From positions 21,654 to 85,653 of the forward strand of contig JADGRH010000002.1 of assembly GCA_017881075.1 (NCBI GenBank): a stretch of 64,000 nucleotides of DNA, given 5' to 3'. Positions within the stretch are counted from its first letter, which is position 1. Every line of letters starts with the position of its first letter. Made by a program: the position numbers and the translations under genes. The DNA comes from Minisyncoccota bacterium. GTDB taxonomy: Bacteria; Patescibacteriota; Minisyncoccia; Phycocordibacterales; CAJBRS01. Below the pieces are notes generated by a model. That model was given only the letters and a program-made list of their open reading frames with translations. It had not been told where the DNA came from and did not search any database. This document shows, one piece after another, positions 57,465-64,000 of the stretch.

Positions 57465-57935
57465 ATGACAAAGAAATTCACCGACGAAGAATATGCCGCA
57501 AGACTTCCTAAAAAGCAAGTCGGAACAGCGGTCTTGTTTTTTAACACAAAAGGAGAATTGCTTATTCTAAAACCAAATTACAAAGAGGGTTGGCTTGTTC
57601 CGGGTGGGGCTATTGATGAGAATGAGTCCCCTCTCCACTCGGCTATTCGAGAGACAAGAGAAGAGATTGGGCTTAATATTAATGAGTTACAATTAGCGGG
57701 TATATATTACGGAGTTAAAAAAGGAGTTTTCACTGACTCCCTGAAATTTATTTTTTCCGGCGGTATTCTTACTGATAATCAAATAGCGCAAATAAAGTTA
57801 CAAATAGACGAATTGCAAGAATACATTTTCATTTCTCCGGAAAAAGCAATTTCTCTCCTATCCTCAAGCTTGCAGAAAAGTATACCAGCATGTTTAGAAT
57901 CTATTAAAAACAAAACTATTGCATATATAGAATAA
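57465..57935 (+). CDS. NUDIX hydrolase
   Basis: PGGAIDENESPLHSAIRETREEIGL Nudix box. Confidence 0.92.
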   Translation: MTKKFTDEEYAARLPKKQVGTAVLFFNTKGELLILKPNYKEGWLVPGGAIDENESPLHSAIRETREEIGLNINELQLAGIYYGVKKGVFTDSLKFIFSGGILTDNQIAQIKLQIDELQEYIFISPEKAISLLSSSLQKSIPACLESIKNKTIAYIE

Positions 57936-57991
57936 AAAGTCGGGGCTACCTGCTGCTGCAGACAACCCCGATGACCTTTTTCGAGTTCAAC

Positions 57992-58612
57992 TCAAACCCC
58001 GAGTCTTTGGAAGTCCTTTGACCACGGGAAGCAGTAGTTTCCGGAAGGAAGCACGGAAAAATGGGGTTTTCTTTTGGAGACATATGAGAGCGTGGCTATC
58101 CGTATTTCTGAAACATTTGCCCGTTCCAGATAATCGACGGCAACATCAATCGTCGCACCGGTGTGTAAAATGTCGTCCACGACCAAAACCTTTCTACCAG
58201 AGATGTCAGCGCTGATGTCTTCGGAAAGCAGGGGCTTTCGGGTTTGGAATAAGTAGTGGTGGTACATGCTCATTATCCAGCGCAATGGAATGGGATCCAG
58301 GCTATACCTGCGGGCAATGCTGATATTTCGACGAATCACCACATGCACAATCGGTACATTCATCGCTCGGGCAACTAACTCCCCTGGAACAGAGCCTCCT
58401 GTGTCAATGGCGACCACAAGATCCGGTTGATATTTTTGTCGTACGATTCGAGCCAGATTATCACAACAAACAGAAATCTCCTGCTGTGAAGTTCTGGTTC
58501 TTGTTTTGTCGGCCCGCATATCCTGCAATGCGCCAACAATAGAAGAAAAGTGTTTCACAGTTTGATCCTTTCGTTTTTTTGAGGTTATAGAAATGAGTGG
58601 CTCCGCTATCAC
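57992..58612 (-). CDS. type I phosphoribosyltransferase (Gpt-like)
   Basis: VLVVDDILHTGAT and FPW. Confidence 0.88.
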   Translation of the reverse strand: MIAEPLISITSKKRKDQTVKHFSSIVGALQDMRADKTRTRTSQQEISVCCDNLARIVRQKYQPDLVVAIDTGGSVPGELVARAMNVPIVHVVIRRNISIARRYSLDPIPLRWIMSMYHHYLFQTRKPLLSEDISADISGRKVLVVDDILHTGATIDVAVDYLERANVSEIRIATLSYVSKRKPHFSVLPSGNYCFPWSKDFQRLGV

Positions 58613-58671
58613 CGGCTGATGAAAAGAACCTAAATACGCTCAAATCAGAATACATCACAATATGCCAATAG

Positions 58672-59160
58672 TCAAGATTTCCTGATCTTCTGAATAATTT
58701 CACTGGTTGATACTGATTTATCAGAAAAACGTTCCAGATAATGAATTTTTATATTGGGAAATTTTGTCCTTAGCGTGTGTTCATTTATTTTATTAGTTTT
58801 TTTCCAGTAATCAGTGTCGTCAATGCCGAACACCACGCTATCAGGTCTCATCAGAGAAAGCATGTCTTGATGGCTCGTGTCCACATCGGAGATATATACG
58901 AAATCAACACACTCCAATGCCGCGACCATGTTTGCCCGATAGACTTCCCCAACGATAGGCCTGTTAGAATCTTTGTAAGACCCAACTCTCTTATCAGACA
59001 ACACACATACAACCAAGATATTTTCAAGTTTTTTTGAGTGCTCCAGAAGGTGGAGATGCCCGACATGTAGAAGATCAAAAGTCCCTCCAACGAGAGTCAC
59101 GGTCTTATTTGCGGGAATAGAGTCTTTTACGGCGCGAGCGCTTTCGTAAACTTTTTTCAT
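58672..59160 (-). CDS. cytidylyltransferase-like nucleotidyltransferase
   Basis: GTFDLLHVGH, RP, STSEII. Confidence 0.88.
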   Translation of the reverse strand: MKKVYESARAVKDSIPANKTVTLVGGTFDLLHVGHLHLLEHSKKLENILVVCVLSDKRVGSYKDSNRPIVGEVYRANMVAALECVDFVYISDVDTSHQDMLSLMRPDSVVFGIDDTDYWKKTNKINEHTLRTKFPNIKIHYLERFSDKSVSTSEIIQKIRKS

Positions 59161-59208
59161 TAGTCCAAAACATACCACAAAATATATACATTATCAAAAA
59201 ACTTCCAA

Positions 59209-59760
59209 CTATCGTGAGACGATATTCACCGCCGCTCTAACTGTCTCTTGCAGAGATGTATAAATACAAAATTCTCGCTGGAGAGCATCATTAAAATTGG
59301 CCTGGATTTGGCTAAGTCCTCGAAAGCCCACTTCTGCCCCGATAACAATATGCAATTTCGGATCCTGCATCATACGCCCACGCCATTCACCAAGTTCTCC
59401 GTAAGTGTCTCTGGCGTAAGGACTACCGTCTTGTCGGGGGTTATCTTTAGATTCACAAGGCAACCAGAAAATTAAACATCCGTTTTTGTTTGTCGCTGCG
59501 ATCCGTAGATAACGACGTTCCCATAATGTCTGCCTGCTATAACGACCTTCGTCCCCACTTACTTTATAAACCATAAGATCGTGATCAGAACCATACTTAC
59601 AGGGAATTACCGCGGTAAAATTAATGAGATGCTTGCCTATCTCATCAAAACATTTTCGCTGCCAATCTCCCCCACCAAGTATTGGCCCAGCGAAAAAGAA
59701 GATCGGATCACGTAAACACTCAGCTTCATCACAGTAGGTCCTTGGAAGAATTATTCTCAT
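59209..59760 (-). CDS. nucleoside 2-deoxyribosyltransferase-like protein
   Basis: FFAGPI...WQ; shares WLPCESK.NPR....YARDTYGELG with 23167-23751. Confidence 0.7.
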   Translation of the reverse strand: MRIILPRTYCDEAECLRDPIFFFAGPILGGGDWQRKCFDEIGKHLINFTAVIPCKYGSDHDLMVYKVSGDEGRYSRQTLWERRYLRIAATNKNGCLIFWLPCESKDNPRQDGSPYARDTYGELGEWRGRMMQDPKLHIVIGAEVGFRGLSQIQANFNDALQREFCIYTSLQETVRAAVNIVSR

Positions 59761-59890
59761 TTTTACATTCTACCTATTCACAACAGCATATTCAAAGATG
59801 TTTCAACTAGTAGTAGGCAACTCCATAAAAAAAGTGGAGCCTTTGCTAGGACCAATGATAGCAAAATAAGGCCTAAATTGAAATAAAAAT

Positions 59891-59929
59891 AGCCGCGTTT
59901 CGTCCGGAGAGGATGGACGAAACGCGGCT
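59891..59929 (-). terminator. intrinsic terminator
   Basis: AGCCGCGTTTCGTCC/GGACGAAACGCGGCT 15-bp stem, T tract on the minus strand. Confidence 0.8.
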
Positions 59930-59934
59930 GAAGC

Positions 59935-60348
59935 TTAGTCAACTACTCTCGGTGATCTGATTAAGGGTACTGGACGAGGTCGAACGAATACCCTGAAAGT
60001 CGGTCTGGTGGAAATCACACGCCGCAGGACCCCGCTTGTTCCGTCAGCATAGATAATCCTCTTGTCTTGAATGGGCAGTTTCTGAATTGCCTCAGCCCTA
60101 ATCAAGACGATGGTCTGTCGTTGTAGAGGTTTCCACAACCTGATTTCTTCCGGAGTGACCCGTTGCCAGTCAATAAAACACCCCTTTCTTTTGCCATAAC
60201 GAGCCACCACTGCTCGTAGCTCGTTCTGAAGCACGTCCGAGTTGTCTGTTTGTAAGACCCAGATAGTGATTTTCCGGTTATTCCGACCCTCCCATTTAAT
60301 TCTTTTGCATGGAGCTTTTACCAAGCTCTTTTTATTGGAAGATTGCAT
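59935..60348 (-). CDS. hypothetical basic protein
   Basis: 137-aa ORF with GGAG RBS and terminator. Confidence 0.6.
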   Translation of the reverse strand: MQSSNKKSLVKAPCKRIKWEGRNNRKITIWVLQTDNSDVLQNELRAVVARYGKRKGCFIDWQRVTPEEIRLWKPLQRQTIVLIRAEAIQKLPIQDKRIIYADGTSGVLRRVISTRPTFRVFVRPRPVPLIRSPRVVD

Positions 60349-60433
60349 CTAGCTCCAACATTAAGAAATTTTCAAATATTGTCAACTATTTCAAATACAA
60401 AGGAGTAATTAAAAAGCCTCACGCTTAGCGGAG

Positions 60434-60733
60434 CTAAGTGGAGGCGGATGGGTGAAATAGATGGAGAATGTCGGAACCATTTAGGGCATAGAAGTGCTTA
60501 AATCCCTTCTCTATGGCTAAGGCACAGACGCCATGGGTCAGATCGGGTTGTACAAGAATTACTACTGGTTTGTCTCTCCTGCAGAGTTCCAGATAGTGCT
60601 GCCTGTTTAAAGGCATTAGCCATCTTAGGCTTATCTCCCGACCGGGGAAAGCTTTATCCAAAAGAGATAATTCTTTTTTGGTCACTTTTCCAAAGCGATA
60701 AAGGATACAGACCACCACTTTTGGAGTGTTCAT
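60434..60733 (-). CDS. hypothetical protein
   Basis: 99-aa ORF with GAGG RBS. Confidence 0.6.
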   Translation of the reverse strand: MNTPKVVVCILYRFGKVTKKELSLLDKAFPGREISLRWLMPLNRQHYLELCRRDKPVVILVQPDLTHGVCALAIEKGFKHFYALNGSDILHLFHPSAST

Positions 60734-60766
60734 ATTTCCCTCTTATTATCACATATTCAAGATTTA

Positions 60767-62401
60767 TCAACTAGCAGGCAACTCTACAAAGAATGTAGAG
60801 CCTTTACCCAGACCTTCCGATTCAGCCCAGATCTTGCCGCCATGAGCCGCTACAATTTCTTTGGCGATGAATAAACCGTAGCCGGTGGAATTGACATTTA
60901 CCTTAACAGAATCTTTGCCGCGGCCGCCTTCTGTGAACAATCTTTTTTTGTCCTCGTCGCTGATACCGACGCCGGTATCTTTAACCGAGAATAATATTTT
61001 TCCATCTTTTTTTGACAAACTAATCTCCAAGCCGCCCGTTTGAGTGTATTTAATAGAGTTATCAATAATATTTCCTATAACATGTTTGCCTAATTGCTCT
61101 GCATCACCGATGAAAGTATAATTTTCATTTTGACCGATGTTCATTTCCAAAGACAGACCCTTGTCTTTTGCCTCTTTGGTGTGAGAAGCAATCTGATTCT
61201 CTATCATCTGACGAAAGTCAAAAGAGTCATGCTTATACTCGGTGGTGCCTTTCTTGAGATTAGAAGCGTCCAAAATACTTTTAATCGTCGCCACTCCCTC
61301 ATCATTGTCGGCCAGAGCCATTTTTACCATCTCATTCATTCCAGGTGAAGTCTGGCCATAATCTCCTTCTAATATCCCAGAAAAAGCAGCCTTGCTTTTG
61401 GTCAGGTAACCCTTAATTTGATGGCTAATAAAGTGAATGAGACCTTGTTGCTTTTCATTTGCTACAGCAAGTTCCTCTCTCAAAGAGATTTCCTTTTTAA
61501 CATTTCTGGTCAGATAAACGCTAACGATTGCTACCAAAACCAAATTTATGGTGTTAAGGATGATACTAGCCGTTCCGGAAAGGAAGGCGTATTGAGTAGC
61601 CACCAAGGTGATAATCGCCACAGACAAGGCTTGGGCGGTGAAGACTCGTAGATCAAAGGCGTGATAACGGACGATTAAATACCCCAGGTAGATCAACAGA
61701 ACAGGCATTCCAAAGAGGCCATAAATTTCAAAATTATAGGCGTAACCAGCCAAATTCTCGTAATTAATCAATATGCTGGCGGCTAAGCCTGCCAGAAAGA
61801 AGAATAATAGAAAGAGGCTAACTCCAATACCCGCCAAGAGTGTTTCTCTTTTGGCCACCGGATCTGGCGCTCGTCTGTATTGGCCGATGGTAAATATGAT
61901 TACCACTGCCAAGAAGATTGCCTCGGCATAGAAAAGATAATTGGTGACCAGTTCATTTTCAACAGCTTCGCAGGTATTTGCGTCAAAGCTGGTCAGGTTG
62001 AGTCCCAACAAGGTAGTAATGGCGGTTGGGAGCAATACGCACAATCCCAATATCTTTTGCCATATAGGAAGGTCTTTTCCTGTGGTAAAAGTATAAAGAA
62101 AGTAGTAAGAGAAGAAAAAAAAGATTAAAGAAATAAAATCCAGTAATGACCAAGTGAACATGGTGTTCTCCGCCCCGAGGAAAGAAAACCAAGTGCTTAT
62201 GTCCAACAAGCACCAGACAGCAAAACTGACACAAACGATAAAGAGAGTTGAACTCGACAAGCTACGGCTTTTAGACAGAAGATAGATACCGAAAAGTAAA
62301 GCAATAAAAGCTGTTGGAATATGCGCATATATCAGAAGTCCTGAAGGTATCTGATTAATCAAAAAATCATAACAGTATTGTATATTTATGAAATGAGACA
62401 T
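60767..62401 (-). CDS. multi-TM sensor histidine kinase
   Basis: ISHQIK H-box, NIIDNSIKYT, DTGVGI, GYGLFI, GKGSTF. Confidence 0.93.
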   Translation of the reverse strand: MSHFINIQYCYDFLINQIPSGLLIYAHIPTAFIALLFGIYLLSKSRSLSSSTLFIVCVSFAVWCLLDISTWFSFLGAENTMFTWSLLDFISLIFFFFSYYFLYTFTTGKDLPIWQKILGLCVLLPTAITTLLGLNLTSFDANTCEAVENELVTNYLFYAEAIFLAVVIIFTIGQYRRAPDPVAKRETLLAGIGVSLFLLFFFLAGLAASILINYENLAGYAYNFEIYGLFGMPVLLIYLGYLIVRYHAFDLRVFTAQALSVAIITLVATQYAFLSGTASIILNTINLVLVAIVSVYLTRNVKKEISLREELAVANEKQQGLIHFISHQIKGYLTKSKAAFSGILEGDYGQTSPGMNEMVKMALADNDEGVATIKSILDASNLKKGTTEYKHDSFDFRQMIENQIASHTKEAKDKGLSLEMNIGQNENYTFIGDAEQLGKHVIGNIIDNSIKYTQTGGLEISLSKKDGKILFSVKDTGVGISDEDKKRLFTEGGRGKDSVKVNVNSTGYGLFIAKEIVAAHGGKIWAESEGLGKGSTFFVELPAS

Positions 62402-62407
62402 TATAAA

Positions 62408-62986
62408 TTAATTATGTTTTATTTTTAATCTTTCAAGGGCATCTAACTCGTACTTCGGTATCTTATAATATCCCAACTTGCGTTTTTCTCTTAAGATGAG
62501 TTTCATATACTTCTGCAGTGCTCCCCTCTTCTCATAAAATTTTAGGCGTTTCTTCGGCACCGATCTAATATCTCTTAAGAGTTTCCGGCATATTTTTGAC
62601 CCACACTTGCATTTCATCTGCCAGTCGGTCGGTGATATCGTCAGAGAATAATCGTATGTTATCTCCTCCCCCTTTTTTATGTCTCTCAGTGCAAAAAGTT
62701 CACTGGTATTTCTTATTCCCCCCGTTGGATCGCAGCTATGATTGAAGATTCTTGAAAATTTATTCAAATCCATATAAGTCTTTCTGCCGATCTGAAAAGG
62801 ATCATCAATCATCTCTTTGTTGGCATTCAACCGATCAACCAGCTTATTCAGTGTCAATTCCTTCCCTTCCAATATCCAGATTCGCCTTCCTTTTTTAATA
62901 TCCTCTTTGGCGAAGAGTCCTTTGCCGTATTTGTGAGTATCTTTTACTTCTAACTCAGGCGCTTTTTTGCGGTTTTTATTGATCAT
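62408..62986 (-). CDS. SET domain protein
   Basis: GKGLFA, FNHSCDP, EITYDY, post-SET CKCGSKICR. Confidence 0.93.
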   Translation of the reverse strand: MINKNRKKAPELEVKDTHKYGKGLFAKEDIKKGRRIWILEGKELTLNKLVDRLNANKEMIDDPFQIGRKTYMDLNKFSRIFNHSCDPTGGIRNTSELFALRDIKKGEEITYDYSLTISPTDWQMKCKCGSKICRKLLRDIRSVPKKRLKFYEKRGALQKYMKLILREKRKLGYYKIPKYELDALERLKIKHN

Positions 62987-63363
62987 TCGCTTCCATTCGC
63001 TTTATTGTTCACTTCGGGAATGGCGCAGACTTCTCCTTTATCCAGAACATCTTCCGAACAATAAGTGGTGGAGCAATCATTTCCTAGACCATCACAACTG
63101 AATTTTTCGCAAGAATGTTCTTCCAGACATTTAGGAGCAACACGAGCGATTATTTCAACCTTTTTATATGGGGTCGTATCGCATTCCGGATCAATATCTA
63201 CAGAGCAATCAGCCTTAAAGCAGGACTCTGTTTCTGTGTTGCAGACCGTGTTTGCTTCCACTAGAAAATTTTGGTTTAAGAAATAATCTATATAACGATA
63301 AACTACGACCGTTAATATGAGGATCAGTATGAATGCAAGTATATATTTTGCTCGTCTATCCAT
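62983..63363 (-). CDS. membrane-anchored Cys-rich protein
   Basis: N-terminal TM, 10 Cys. Confidence 0.75.
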   Translation of the reverse strand: MDRRAKYILAFILILILTVVVYRYIDYFLNQNFLVEANTVCNTETESCFKADCSVDIDPECDTTPYKKVEIIARVAPKCLEEHSCEKFSCDGLGNDCSTTYCSEDVLDKGEVCAIPEVNNKANGSE

Positions 63364-63372
63364 TTTTACGGT

Positions 63373-64000
63373 TTAAATTATAACACGGGTTTTCCCAGAG
63401 TTGTTCACCGGTAATCTTAGTAGTTCCATGGTTTCCATCGGGTGTGAGAGCCAAAATCTGTCATCCTCAATATCGGTCGGCTCAAGGGCAACTATCATGG
63501 GCTTTACCCCGCATTCTTGTTGAAGGCTAAGGAGGGCAGGCAAAATAACTTCCTTTGTAAATAATCCCTCTTTTCCTTTAATAAGAAAATTCTCAAAAAG
63601 AATGCCATTGCAAATAAACAAGGACAGAAATAATTTGTAATAGTCCCTGGGTCCATTACCGTTACCTTTTATCTTAAGCCATCCGGAAAGATCGTATGCC
63701 TTGTCTCTCAGCTTATGTTGGCTTTCTGTGAACAGCCTATGGTGAAAATCCACCAATAATTCTCCCCAACGGGTTTTGATCGAAGAAAGCGGTTTATTGT
63801 TGCTGTCGTTGAAATCTATGATGTTATGACACTCGAACATCTGCTCCCTCTTTTTATTATAGCCTTTGAAGAACGAAAGTCTCCCCAGGGAATATTTCCA
63901 GTCGTTCCTATTATTGAACTTGTCATCCAGATATTCCAGAATAACCGGCTGGAAGTCTTCAAAAGCATCTGCAGCAATGATGAAACGTCGAATTTCATGA
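63373..64000 (-). CDS. hypothetical protein, 5'-truncated by the window edge
   Basis: The frame of ORF 63373-63840 stays open to the window end. Confidence 0.7.
   Translation of the reverse strand, partial: HEIRRFIIAADAFEDFQPVILEYLDDKFNNRNDWKYSLGRLSFFKGYNKKREQMFECHNIIDFNDSNNKPLSSIKTRWGELLVDFHHRLFTESQHKLRDKAYDLSGWLKIKGNGNGPRDYYKLFLSLFICNGILFENFLIKGKEGLFTKEVILPALLSLQQECGVKPMIVALEPTDIEDDRFWLSHPMETMELLRLPVNNSGKTRVII

Noticed and set aside
1179-62234. Numerous short ORFs antisense to or nested in housekeeping genes
   Set aside because: Shadow frames of well-supported genes with no recognisable motifs.
63816-63998. Separate 60-aa ORF or frameshift at the right edge
   Set aside because: The 63373-63840 frame is itself open to the window end, so this is a shadow ORF.

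Overview
The window looks like a Patescibacteria/CPR (Parcubacteria-like) chromosome segment using the standard genetic code. The taxonomy is inferred from gene content and style, not from a database search. The backbone is ordinary: a split dcw cluster, ribosomal proteins, dnaB/recR, aminoacyl-tRNA synthetases, scpAB, lexA/rarA and one tRNA-Glu. The unusual part is 24.2-45.0 kb, which holds two arrays built from about 22 same-orientation copies of a 27-bp site (GCTGGGGGTCTGGTACGATGTTGGAAC). These sites separate 19 small cassettes of 200-880 bp, mostly one gene each, in both orientations. The last unit is a 4.9-kb element with a gene II/X-type rolling-circle Rep, a candidate origin hairpin and a large serine recombinase whose own 3' end runs through the site. 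Both arrays end in a tRNA-Gln-3'-end-like variant of the site. Both begin with a conserved ~300-bp non-coding module: consensus promoter, short leader, terminator and a 69-nt tRNA-shaped RNA. The leader is complementary to that RNA's anticodon arm, and the pairing covaries between the two copies. My best interpretation (inference, untested) is a serine-recombinase-driven, integron-like cassette system with an associated tRNA-mimic/antisense RNA switch. Several REP/MITE-like palindromes also occur, some inside the recombination sites and one in frame in cysS.
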